Shown: positions 1 to 8,036 of the stretch, one piece after another
Layout of the letters: every line of letters starts with the position of its first letter
Position numbering within the stretch: the stretch's first letter is position 1
Assembly (NCBI GenBank): GCA_035941735.1
Contig: DASZDS010000034.1
Span: 145,109 to 209,108, forward strand
Length of the DNA: 64,000 nucleotides
From: Allosphingosinicella sp.
GTDB lineage: Bacteria; Pseudomonadota; Alphaproteobacteria; Sphingomonadales; Sphingomonadaceae
Direction: 5' to 3'
Position numbers and translations under genes: made by a program
The notes under the pieces: model-generated
What the model saw: the letters and a program-made list of their open reading frames with translations, nothing else
Database searches by the model: none
What the model was told of the DNA's origin: nothing

Positions 1-1115
1 ACAGCGGCTCGCGCAACCTTGCCGGGCTGGAGACCGTCGCCGGCCTGCTCGCCGAAGCCTTTTCCGCGCTGGGGGAGGTCGAGCTCAAGGAGGCCGCGCC
101 GGTCGAGGCGATGGGCGCGGACGGGGCGCTAGCGCCGGTCGCGCACGGCCGGAACCTCCATCTGGTCGTGCGGCCCGAGGCGCCGGTGCAGCTGCTCCTC
201 ACCGGACATATGGACACGGTGTTCGGCGCCGATCACGATTTCCAGAAGGTCTTCTGGCGGGAGGACGGGACGCTGGGCGGCCCCGGCGTCGCCGACATGA
301 AGAGCGGGCTCGCGATCATGCTGGCGGCGCTCCGCGCGGTGGAAGCCGTCGGCGCTCCGGAGCTCGGCTATGAGGTGGTGATCAACAGCGACGAGGAGGT
401 CGGCTCGCCCGGCTCGGCGGCGCTGATCGCCGCGGCGGCGGCGGGCAAGCGCGCGGCGCTGACCTACGAGCCTTCCGCCCTTCCCGACGGGACGCTCGCG
501 GGCGCGCGGCCGGGCAGCGGCAATTTCTCGATCCTGGTCGAGGGCAAGAGCGCCCATGCCGGCCGCAATCCCGAGGAGGGGCGCAATGCGGTCGTGGCGG
601 CCGCCCAGCTCGCCGTCCGGCTCGCCAACGAAAAAAGCGAGGCAATCAAGATCAACACCGCCCGCATCGAGGGCGGGGGCCCGAACAATGTCGTCCCCGA
701 CAAGGCGGTGCTCAGAGTCAACATCCGCCCGGCCACGCCGGCCGACCAGCTCCGGGCGCGGGCGCTGCTCGACGAGACGATCGCCGCCGTGACGGCCGCG
801 CATGGCGTCGACATCCATGTCCATGGCGGCTTCGGCCGGCCGCCCAAGCCCATCGATGCGCGCGCCGGGCGGCTGTTCGAGCTGGTCCGGCGGGCCGGCG
901 CCGATCTCGGCCAGGAGGTCGGCCGGCGGGACACCGGCGGCGTCTGCGACGGCAACAATATCGCCGCCTGCGGGGTGCCGGTGGTCGACACGATGGGCGC
1001 GCGCGGCGGCGCCATCCATTCGGACCGGGAATATCTGATCGTCGAGAGCCTGGTCGAGCGCGCCCGATTGTCCGCCCTGACGATCCTCAGGCTCGCGCGG
1101 GGAGAGGATTTGTGA
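1..1115 (+). CDS. M20 family zinc hydrolase (carboxypeptidase G2 / ArgE / DapE-like); 5' end lies outside the window
   Basis: The frame is open from the window edge (SGSRNLAGLETVAG... precedes the first Met). Motifs GHMDTVF, GPGVADMKSG and NSDEEVGSPGS are typical of M20 peptidases. The stop overlaps the astA GTG start (GTGA at 1112-1115). Confidence 0.8.
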   Translation, partial: SGSRNLAGLETVAGLLAEAFSALGEVELKEAAPVEAMGADGALAPVAHGRNLHLVVRPEAPVQLLLTGHMDTVFGADHDFQKVFWREDGTLGGPGVADMKSGLAIMLAALRAVEAVGAPELGYEVVINSDEEVGSPGSAALIAAAAAGKRAALTYEPSALPDGTLAGARPGSGNFSILVEGKSAHAGRNPEEGRNAVVAAAQLAVRLANEKSEAIKINTARIEGGGPNNVVPDKAVLRVNIRPATPADQLRARALLDETIAAVTAAHGVDIHVHGGFGRPPKPIDARAGRLFELVRRAGADLGQEVGRRDTGGVCDGNNIAACGVPVVDTMGARGGAIHSDREYLIVESLVERARLSALTILRLARGEDL

Positions 1116-2137
1116 GCTTCAGGGTCCGGCCGGCGCGCGGCGGCGATTTCGACGCGATCTACGACTTGGCGACGCTGACCGGCGGCGGCTTCACCAACCT
1201 GCCCGCCGACAAGGGCACCCTGGTCAATAAATTATCGCGCTCCGAGGACGCCTTCGCCCGCGCCGAAGGCGCGCCCGAGGGCGACCTCTTCCTGTTCGTG
1301 CTCGAAAACGCGGCGACCGGCGAGATCCGGGGCACCTGCCAGGTGTTCAGCCGGATCGGCGTCGAGCAGCCCTTCTACTCCTACCGGATCAGCAAGCTGA
1401 CCCAGACCTCGCCCGAACTCGGCCGGACCTTCAGGACCGAGATGCTGACCCTGTGCACCGACTTCAACGATTGCTCGGAAGTGGGCGGCCTCTTCCTCCA
1501 CCCCGAGGCGCGCCGGAGCGGGCTCGGGCTCGGCCTGCTGCTCGCGCGCAGCCGCTATCTGTTCATCGCCCGCAACCGCGAGCGCTTCGCCGCCACCACG
1601 GTCGCCGAGCTGCGCGGGGTGATCGACGAGGAGGGCGGCTCGCCCTTCTGGAACGCGATCGCCGGCCGCTTCTTCGGCATGGGCTTCAAGGAGGCGGACG
1701 CGTTCAACAGCGCCCACGGTACCCAGTTCATCGCCGATCTGATGCCCAAGACGCCGATCTACACGGCGATGCTGCCCGAGGACGCGCTCGCGGTGATGCG
1801 CCGGCCCCACCCCTCCGGCGAGGCGGCGATGCGGATGCTCGAGGCGGAAGGGTTCAGCGGCGAGGGCTATGTCGACATATTCGACGGCGGGCCGACCATG
1901 TCCGCCGCCACCGACAGGATCCGCACCGTCGCGGACGCGCGCGCGCTTCGGCTCGACGGCATCCATCACGGCGAGGAAGGCGGGAAGATGCTGCTGGCTG
2001 GCGGCGGGCTCGGCGATTTCGCCTCGGCTTATGGTCGGGTGAACATGAGTCCGGCGAGCGGCGTGACCGTCGACGCGGACAGCGCCGCCTCGCTCGGCCT
2101 CGAGCCCGGCGATCCGTTCCTCGCCGTCGAGCGCTAG
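1112..2137 (+). CDS. astA: arginine N-succinyltransferase
   Basis: 341-aa ORF resembling the AstA/AruF family over its full length (MSFRVRPARGGDFDAIYDLA..., FYSYRISKL). It sits directly upstream of astB, whose ATG follows the stop immediately. Confidence 0.85.
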   Translation: MSFRVRPARGGDFDAIYDLATLTGGGFTNLPADKGTLVNKLSRSEDAFARAEGAPEGDLFLFVLENAATGEIRGTCQVFSRIGVEQPFYSYRISKLTQTSPELGRTFRTEMLTLCTDFNDCSEVGGLFLHPEARRSGLGLGLLLARSRYLFIARNRERFAATTVAELRGVIDEEGGSPFWNAIAGRFFGMGFKEADAFNSAHGTQFIADLMPKTPIYTAMLPEDALAVMRRPHPSGEAAMRMLEAEGFSGEGYVDIFDGGPTMSAATDRIRTVADARALRLDGIHHGEEGGKMLLAGGGLGDFASAYGRVNMSPASGVTVDADSAASLGLEPGDPFLAVER

Positions 2138-3391
2138 ATGGCGCTGGTCGAGATCAATTTCGACGGCATCGTTGGGCCGAGCCACAATTATGCCGGCCTC
2201 AGCCACGGCAATCTCGCCGCGACCGCGAGCAAGGGGCTCACCGCCTTCCCGCGCGCGGCGGCGCTGCAGGGCGTCGCCAAGATGCGCCGCGCCCTCGCCC
2301 TCGGGCTCGCCCAGGGCGTCCTCCTGCCCCACCCGCGCCCGAACCGCGCCTGGCTGGCCGCGCTCGGCGCCGATGCGGCGACGGTCCCCGACTCGCTCCG
2401 GCCCGCCGCCTTCTCGGCCTCGGCGATGTGGGCGGCCAATGCCGCGACCGTCTCGCCCGCGCCCGACACGGCCGACGGCCGCTGCCACCTCACCGCCGCC
2501 AATCTCAGGACGATGGCGCACCGCAGCCACGAATGGCCGGCGACGCTGGCGCAGCTCCGCCTCGCCTTCGCCGATCCGGCCCGTTTCGCGGTCCACGAGC
2601 CGGTGCCGGGCACGTTCGGCGACGAAGGCGCGGCCAATCACATGCGGCTCTGCCCCGGCCACGGCCGGCCGGGGGTCGAGATCTTCGTCTACGGCGTCGG
2701 CGGCGGCCCCTTTCCGGTGCGCCAGCATGTCGAGGCGTCGCGCGCGGTCGCGCGGCTGCATCGGCTCGATCCCGAACGCACGCTGTTCGCCCAGCAGTCG
2801 GAGGCGGCGATCGCCGCGGGCGCCTTCCACAACGACGTCGTCGCGGTCGCCAACGAACATGTCCTGTTCGCGCACGAGCAGGCGTTCGCGGACAAGGACA
2901 GCCTCCATGCCGACCTCCGCCGGCTGCTGCCCGAGGTGGAGATTCTCGAGGTGCCGACGCATGTCGTCAGCCTCGCCGACGCGGTCCGCTCCTATTTGTT
3001 CAACGCCCAGCTCGTCACCCTGCCCGAAGGCGGGATGGCGCTGGTCCTGCCCGAGGAGGCGCGCGAGACGCCCGCCGTCCGGGACTGGCTCGAGGAGCTG
3101 GCCGCCGGCAACGGCCCGATCCGCCGCCTCGAATTCGTCGACGTGCGCCAGTCGATGGCCAATGGCGGCGGCCCCGCCTGTTTGCGCCTGCGCGTCGTCG
3201 CCGATCCGGCGACGGTCGACCCGCGCTTCCTCGCCGACGAAGCGAAGCTCGACCGGATCGCCACCTGCATCGACGCGCATTGGCCCGAGCGGATCGCGCC
3301 GGCCGACCTCGCCGATTCCGCGCTCGCGGCGCGGATCGAGGCGGCGCGCCGGGCGCTTCACGCGCTGCTGGATCTCGAAACCTTGCTCTGA
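2138..3391 (+). CDS. astB: N-succinylarginine dihydrolase
   Basis: 417-aa ORF with the characteristic AstB N-terminus (EINFDGIVGPSHNYAGLSHGNLA) and a C-terminal NGGGPACLRLRV active-site Cys region. Confidence 0.9.
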   Translation: MALVEINFDGIVGPSHNYAGLSHGNLAATASKGLTAFPRAAALQGVAKMRRALALGLAQGVLLPHPRPNRAWLAALGADAATVPDSLRPAAFSASAMWAANAATVSPAPDTADGRCHLTAANLRTMAHRSHEWPATLAQLRLAFADPARFAVHEPVPGTFGDEGAANHMRLCPGHGRPGVEIFVYGVGGGPFPVRQHVEASRAVARLHRLDPERTLFAQQSEAAIAAGAFHNDVVAVANEHVLFAHEQAFADKDSLHADLRRLLPEVEILEVPTHVVSLADAVRSYLFNAQLVTLPEGGMALVLPEEARETPAVRDWLEELAAGNGPIRRLEFVDVRQSMANGGGPACLRLRVVADPATVDPRFLADEAKLDRIATCIDAHWPERIAPADLADSALAARIEAARRALHALLDLETLL

Positions 3392-3424
3392 GCCGTCCGT
3401 TTTTCCGCACAAAGGAGAAACGCC

Positions 3425-3607
3425 ATGCCCGCCAAGTCGAAAGCCCAGCAGAAAGCCGCCGGCGCCGCCCTCTCCGCCAAGCGCGGCGACACCCCGAAGA
3501 GCAAGCTCAGAGGCGCCTCGCGCCAGATGGCCGAATCGATGACCGAAAAGCAGCTCGAGGAGTTCGCCTCGACCAAGCGCAAGGGCAAGCCCGAGCATGT
3601 GAGCTGA
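3425..3607 (+). CDS. DUF3008 family small basic protein
   Basis: 60-aa ORF MPAKSKAQQKAAGAALSAKRG...EEFASTKRKGKPEHV matches my recollection of the DUF3008 family. GGAGA lies 7 nt upstream of the ATG. Confidence 0.7.
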   Translation: MPAKSKAQQKAAGAALSAKRGDTPKSKLRGASRQMAESMTEKQLEEFASTKRKGKPEHVS

Positions 3608-3611
3608 GGGG

Positions 3612-3645
3612 CCGTCATCCTGACGCAAGTCAGAATGAGGATGGC
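3612..3645. repeat. REP family A, single unit (CGTCATCC-hairpin) between convergent genes
   Basis: CCGTCATCCTGACGCAAGTCAGAATGAGGATGG. The stem CATCCTGAC/GTCAG..AGGATG shares the CGTCAYCC lead-in with the other family A copies. Confidence 0.6.
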
Positions 3646-3650
3646 GAGGT

Positions 3651-5258
3651 TCAGCGCCGCTTGGTCGCTTCCGGCTGCATCCGTACCGCCGCCGGCCGCG
3701 GCGCGGCGGCGACCTGCGGGCCGCCGGCGAGGCGGACGATCACGTCCTCGACCTGGAGGCCGCCGCGCTCGACCAGCAGGTTCTGGTAGCCGCGGTCGTC
3801 CTCGCGGGTGGTGGCGGGAATGTCGCCCTCGCGGCGGAAGCGGCGCCGGACGTAGGTCGAAAGCTCGCCGGCGGTGACGATGCGGTCGCCGTCGTCGTCG
3901 GCGTCGCCGGCAAGGCCGGTGCGCAGGAAATAAGCGAGGAAGCCGCCCGCCTTGAAGCGGCTGGCGACGAGGCTGGTCAGATCCTCCTCGGAGCTGAACA
4001 GGCCCATCACGTTCGGCCGGTCGACGAGGTTGCGGAAGCCGCCCGCATAGCAGGCGTCGATCGCCGCCAGCGAGAGCCGGCCGTGGACCCGCGCGAACAG
4101 GGGCGCAAGCTCGGCGTCGGTCATCGCCGCGTCGTAGAGCTCGATCGTCTCGGCGCGGCCGTCCAGCTCGGCCGCGCTCGCGGGTGCGTCGACCTGGTCG
4201 CCATGGCCCGAGAAGAAGAACAGGAAGGTGTCGTTGGGGCCGGCCGCGGCGGCGGCGCGGGCGAAGGCCTCGGCGACCGCCTTGGTCGTCGCCTCGCCGT
4301 TGGTCAGCAGCTGGCTCGCCGGATGGAGCAGGCCGGCGCCGCGCAGGCTTTCGTAGAGCGTGCGGGCGTCCTCGTCGGTGTTGGGCAGGTCGTTGGTGCG
4401 GCCGCCATAATCGGAGACGCCGACCAGGAGCGCGATCACCCGGGCGCCGCCGGGCACGCCGAGCTGGCGCGGATGGCCCGGGCTGGGTGCGAGGCTAAGC
4501 CGGTAGGGGCCGGCCTGGCCCGGGCGGTAGGAGGTGACGGTGACGACATAGTCGCCGTCCTCGGCGAGCACGGTGTCGATCCGGCTGTCGGTCGAGGTGC
4601 GGCCGTCGACCCTGGTGTCGTCGCTGACGTCCTCGCTGCCGTCGGGCCGGGCCAGCCGAAGAACGGTGTCCATCTTGTCCGAGCCGAGTGCGATGGCGAC
4701 GCGCTGGCCGCGGCGGGCGTGGAAGCGGTAGCGGTCGGCGAAGGCGCCCGAGCCCTCGCGGCCGTCGCCTTCCGCAAGCCGACCGTCGACGGCCGCGCCG
4801 ACCGCGATCGGCATCGCCACCACCGGCGCGCTGACGATCGCGTCCGCGGCGGGCAGCGAGGCCTGGAGCCGATAGGCCCCGGTCTCGCCGGCGCGAAAGC
4901 TCGTCGCCGCGACGCGGTAGGCGCCGTCGGCCGGCAGCTCGAAGACGAGCCGGCTGGCGAGCCCCTCGCCGCCTTCGGCATCGTCATTGGCGAGGACGAA
5001 GCCGTCGGGGCCGGTCACCACCAGATAGGGATCGAACGCCTCGGAGCCGAGGTCGAGCTGGACTCGCTGCCCGCGCCGGCCCTGGAACGCGTAGACGTCC
5101 TCATATTTGCCCGAGCGGCGCTGAACGTCGCTCGCGCCGAGCTCGCCGGCGACGCTCTGGCCGAGGGCGAGCGACGGCGGCGGCGCCTCGGTCTGTGCCG
5201 TGGCCGATCCCGTCGCCAGCCCGGCCGTCACGATCAGCGAAAGCGCGATGCGATTCAT
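3651..5258 (-). CDS. secreted caspase-family (peptidase C14) protein with two N-terminal PPC (pre-peptidase C-terminal-like) domains
   Basis: I take MNRIALSLIVTAGLATGSATAQ as the start: it is a Sec signal peptide with GGGAGGG 7 nt upstream. Two roughly 100-aa PPC-like repeats end in AYRLQAS and PYRLSLA. The caspase core has the His-Cys dyad contexts FFFSGHGDQ and AIDACYAGG, followed by the acidic loop DADDDGDRIVTAGEL. Confidence 0.75.
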   Translation of the reverse strand: MNRIALSLIVTAGLATGSATAQTEAPPPSLALGQSVAGELGASDVQRRSGKYEDVYAFQGRRGQRVQLDLGSEAFDPYLVVTGPDGFVLANDDAEGGEGLASRLVFELPADGAYRVAATSFRAGETGAYRLQASLPAADAIVSAPVVAMPIAVGAAVDGRLAEGDGREGSGAFADRYRFHARRGQRVAIALGSDKMDTVLRLARPDGSEDVSDDTRVDGRTSTDSRIDTVLAEDGDYVVTVTSYRPGQAGPYRLSLAPSPGHPRQLGVPGGARVIALLVGVSDYGGRTNDLPNTDEDARTLYESLRGAGLLHPASQLLTNGEATTKAVAEAFARAAAAAGPNDTFLFFFSGHGDQVDAPASAAELDGRAETIELYDAAMTDAELAPLFARVHGRLSLAAIDACYAGGFRNLVDRPNVMGLFSSEEDLTSLVASRFKAGGFLAYFLRTGLAGDADDDGDRIVTAGELSTYVRRRFRREGDIPATTREDDRGYQNLLVERGGLQVEDVIVRLAGGPQVAAAPRPAAVRMQPEATKRR

Positions 5259-5341
5259 CCCTGCCCTCCCACGCCGCGCCTGGCATGACGCGCGCGGCGC
5301 CGTCATTTCGCACATGCAATGAAGGAAGAATGAATGCGAGG

Positions 5342-6115
5342 CTAGGCCAGCTGGAATTGCGGCGAGTTCATGAAGCTCGGGATCCGCTTGGTCGAGCCGT
5401 TGCGGCGCTTGTAGGCTTTGTCCCGGTAATGGACCGCGAAGCCGTCGGGGATCTCGATCATCGGCACCTCGCTTTCGAGCACGTTGCGCAGGAACGCGCT
5501 GGCGAAGCCGTCGAGGCAGCGCGCCAGGCAGAAGGTCGAGAAAGGCTCCCAGGTCAGCATCAGGAAGCGGAAGTCGGAGCGCTTCAGGAACGCGCTGACG
5601 GCGTCGACGACGCCGTAATTCTCCTCGCGCGCGAAGACGTCCTCGAAGAAATCGTGGCCGAACAGCAGGCCGTCCGGCTTCAGCCTGGCGGCGAAGTCCT
5701 GCAGGTCCCGAAGCACGAACTCATAATGATGATTGCCGTCGATATAGACGAAATCGAACATGTTCTCGTCGAAGCCGGCCGCCGCCTTGTAGGAATATTG
5801 GCGGTGCAGGCGAACGCGCGCGTCGCCCTCGAAGCGGGCGGCGACGCGCGCATGATCCTCGTCCCCGCGCGGGTTGGGGGGCGGCGCCTCGAACGCGTCG
5901 CCCTGCGCGCGCGCCGCGTCGATGCCGGTCAGCAGCCGGCCGCCCTCGAGCAGGTCCGAACCGGGTTCCAAATGGCTCCAGGGATCGATCAGGTGCAGCT
6001 CCGCAGGCTGCGCCGCGGCGAGGATCGCGGCCGAATAGGCGCCCTCGGCGACGCCGATCTCGGCCCCCACCGCGCCCTTCGGGAAAAAGGGCAGCAGTCC
6101 CTCGCGGCTGGTCAT
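5342..6115 (-). CDS. class I SAM-dependent methyltransferase (Methyltransf_24 / TylF-CmcI-like) with an uncharacterised C-terminal extension
   Basis: Contains GAEIGVAEGAYSA (SAM-binding glycine-rich loop) and FDFVYIDGNHHYEFVLRDL. I chose the ATG at 6115 (MTSREGLL); the GTG at 6118 is also possible. The longer listed ORF runs through the upstream repeat. Confidence 0.7.
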   Translation of the reverse strand: MTSREGLLPFFPKGAVGAEIGVAEGAYSAAILAAAQPAELHLIDPWSHLEPGSDLLEGGRLLTGIDAARAQGDAFEAPPPNPRGDEDHARVAARFEGDARVRLHRQYSYKAAAGFDENMFDFVYIDGNHHYEFVLRDLQDFAARLKPDGLLFGHDFFEDVFAREENYGVVDAVSAFLKRSDFRFLMLTWEPFSTFCLARCLDGFASAFLRNVLESEVPMIEIPDGFAVHYRDKAYKRRNGSTKRIPSFMNSPQFQLA

Positions 6116-6201
6116 CACATAATACACGTCTCGTTTCCCCTTCTCGTCCGCCGCCACGGTATCCCAACGGTCCGCGCCGTAAATGGGAAATCGCCTGACT
6201 C

Positions 6202-6244
6202 TTGGTGCCAGGCACGTGCCAGGCACCGATGAAAATCGACCTGT
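6202..6244. repeat. palindrome-containing repeat, copy 1 (TTGGTGCCAGGCACGTGCCAG core)
   Basis: The 21-nt core is identical to 6793-6813, and a further 20 or so nt are similar with small indels. It contains the 24-nt near-perfect palindrome GGTGCCAGGCAC/GTGCCAGGCACC centred on CACGTG. Confidence 0.85.
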
Positions 6245-6321
6245 TGCGGACGCCGGCGGATTGATTGACTTACCCCGTTCGATGCGCGAGCCCTGACCAA
6301 TTCCTTCTCGACGAGGCGAAC

Positions 6322-6777
6322 ATGACGCCCTTCTCGCTCCTGATCCTGGCCGTCCAGCCTTCCATATTCCCTCCTCCTTCGCCTCCGCCTCTGCCCCGGC
6401 CGGGCACCGAATGGTACGACCGGGCACGCGCCTCCTATGAGGAAGGGCTCAGACGCGACTGCATGTCCGAGCGCGGCATCGCGCTCGCAGTGGCCGAATG
6501 GTCTCGCTCGATGACTTCTTCGGACGGACAACGGCAACAGCCGATCATTCAGGAGCTTGGAGAGGCGGCTCTCACGCCCCCTATCGACCTAGAGCGGCTC
6601 GAAAGAGCGCTGGAAGCCGATGCGGCGTTCCACGCGGCCCACAATCGTGCCGTAAACCAGAGTTCGATGCGGGTGATGCGCGCGCTCGACCCGGCGGACC
6701 GGGTCATCTTCGGTCGCAGGCTGACGACGCTGCAACCGGCCCGGCCACGGGCCGCATGCGCGGCCGCACGACCCTAG
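6322..6777 (+). CDS. hypothetical protein (orphan ORF bracketed by the palindromic repeats)
   Basis: ORF 6265-6777; the internal ATG at 6322 gives a hydrophobic N-terminus (MTPFSLLILAV) followed by a Pro-rich stretch. Codon usage has more A/T-ending codons than neighbouring genes. I recognise no family. Confidence 0.3.
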   Translation: MTPFSLLILAVQPSIFPPPSPPPLPRPGTEWYDRARASYEEGLRRDCMSERGIALAVAEWSRSMTSSDGQRQQPIIQELGEAALTPPIDLERLERALEADAAFHAAHNRAVNQSSMRVMRALDPADRVIFGRRLTTLQPARPRAACAAARP

Positions 6778-6792
6778 TCCCGCCGGCAACTT

Positions 6793-6835
6793 TTGGTGCC
6801 AGGCACGTGCCAGACACCAACGGAAAATCACTGTA
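6793..6835. repeat. palindrome-containing repeat, copy 2 (direct orientation), 7 nt from the tRNA-Arg 3' end
   Basis: Same 21-nt core as copy 1, with one substitution in the right palindrome arm (CAGACACC). Confidence 0.85.
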
Positions 6836-6842
6836 AAAGGAA

Positions 6843-6919
6843 TGGCGCGCCCGGAAGGATTCGAACCTCCGGCCCCCAGATTCGTAGTCTGGTGCTCTAT
6901 CCAGCTGAGCTACGGGCGC
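6843..6919 (-). tRNA. tRNA-Arg (anticodon ACG)
   Basis: The reverse complement reads GCGCCCGTAGCTCAGCTGGATAGAGCACCAGACTACGAATCTGGGGGCCGGAGGTTCGAATCCTTCCGGGCGCGCCA. It folds as a cloverleaf with a 7-bp acceptor stem, anticodon loop CTACGAA, T-loop TTCGAAT and an encoded CCA. Confidence 0.95.
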
Positions 6920-7024
6920 GCGGGAGGCGTCGACATAGGGGCGAAGCGCCAGGGGCGCAACCCCCGGCCCGCACCGGCGGAGGCCGGTGTTGCCGGGCGG
7001 CGAGCCCCGCCATAGGGAGGGGGG

Positions 7025-7504
7025 ATGAAGGCTCGGCTCATCCTCCTTACGCTCCTGCTCGCGGGCTGCGTCTCGCAGGGGCCGTTCCCGTCGCTGGCGC
7101 CGCGGCTGGCCGAGCGCGAGGACTGGACCGAAGAGCCGGTGCGCGCCGCGCCTGTGGTCGCCGACGACCCGGCGCTGCGCGAGCGGATCGCGGCGCTACG
7201 CGGCGAGGCGCAGGCGGGGTGGCGCGATTTCGAGGCGGACTTCCCCGCCGCCGAGCGCGCCTCGGCCCGGGCCGGGCAGGAAGGCTCGGACAGCTGGATC
7301 GAAGCCCAGCAGGCGATCTCGAGGGTCGAGGCGGCAATGGCGCGAAGCGGCGAGGCGGTCGCCGCGCTGCACCAGCTCCGGCTCGAACGCCAGGCCCGGC
7401 CGGCCAGCACCACCGACCTTGCCGCGCTCGACGCGGCGATCGAAGCGGCGGAAGCGGTCGTCGCACGCGAGCGGCAGGGAATCGATCGGCTCAGCCGCCG
7501 TTGA
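7025..7504 (+). CDS. hypothetical lipoprotein
   Basis: Lipobox LLLAGC follows MKARLILLT. The rest is Ala/Glu/Arg-rich and looks helical. GGGAGGGGGG lies upstream of the ATG. The 3' end overlaps the convergent gene by 14 nt. Confidence 0.6.
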   Translation: MKARLILLTLLLAGCVSQGPFPSLAPRLAEREDWTEEPVRAAPVVADDPALRERIAALRGEAQAGWRDFEADFPAAERASARAGQEGSDSWIEAQQAISRVEAAMARSGEAVAALHQLRLERQARPASTTDLAALDAAIEAAEAVVARERQGIDRLSRR

Positions 7505-8036
7505 GCACCGCCATGTGGCGCTTCGCCAGGGCGACATAGTGGGCGACGCCCATGCGCATGCCGGCCAGGTCGGCCTGGGTGAGATCGCGGACATATTTGG
7601 CGGGGCGGCCGGCCCAGAGCTGGCCCGAGGGAATGCGCTTGCCCGGGGTCAGCATCGCGCCGGCGGCGAGCATCGCGTCCCCTTCGATCTCGCAGCCGTC
7701 CATGACGATCGAGCCGAGGCCGACGAAGGCGCGGTCGTGGAGGATGCAGCCATGGACCATCGCCATGTGGCCGATCAGCACCTCGGAGCCGATCAGCGCC
7801 GGATAGCCGCCGTCCGGTCCGCCCGGTCGTGGCGGATCGACGTGAATCACGCTGCCGTCCTGGACGTTGGTGCGCGCGCCGATCCGGATCTTGTTCATGT
7901 CGCCTCGCAGCACGCAATTGTACCAGATGCTCGCCTCGGCCCCGAGCTCGACGTCGCCGATCAGCCGCGCGCCAGGCGCGACGAAGGCGGCGGGATCGAT
8001 GCGCGGCGTCCGCCCTTCGAAGCTCAGCAGGGTCAT
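7491..8036 (-). CDS. gamma carbonic anhydrase family (hexapeptide-repeat, YrdA/PaaY-like) protein
   Basis: The 181-aa protein has the typical gamma-CA pattern FVAPGARLIGDVELGAEASIWYNCVLRGDMNKIRIGARTNVQDGSVIH. Its ATG overlaps the GNAT stop (ATGA). Confidence 0.85.
   Translation of the reverse strand: MTLLSFEGRTPRIDPAAFVAPGARLIGDVELGAEASIWYNCVLRGDMNKIRIGARTNVQDGSVIHVDPPRPGGPDGGYPALIGSEVLIGHMAMVHGCILHDRAFVGLGSIVMDGCEIEGDAMLAAGAMLTPGKRIPSGQLWAGRPAKYVRDLTQADLAGMRMGVAHYVALAKRHMAVLNGG

Noticed and set aside
1232-3628. A 798-aa minus-strand ORF spanning astA and astB.
   Set aside because: It is antisense to two genes with clear family signatures. Its Arg/Gly/Ala/Pro-rich low-complexity composition is typical of off-frame ORFs in high-GC DNA, and it has no recognisable motifs.
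6202-6919. A classical tRNA-integrated genomic island, with the two repeats as attL/attR.
   Set aside because: The repeats contain no tRNA-derived sequence. No integrase or excisionase is present, and the bracketed segment is only about 0.6 kb. I retained it as a repeat observation, not as a called mobile element.
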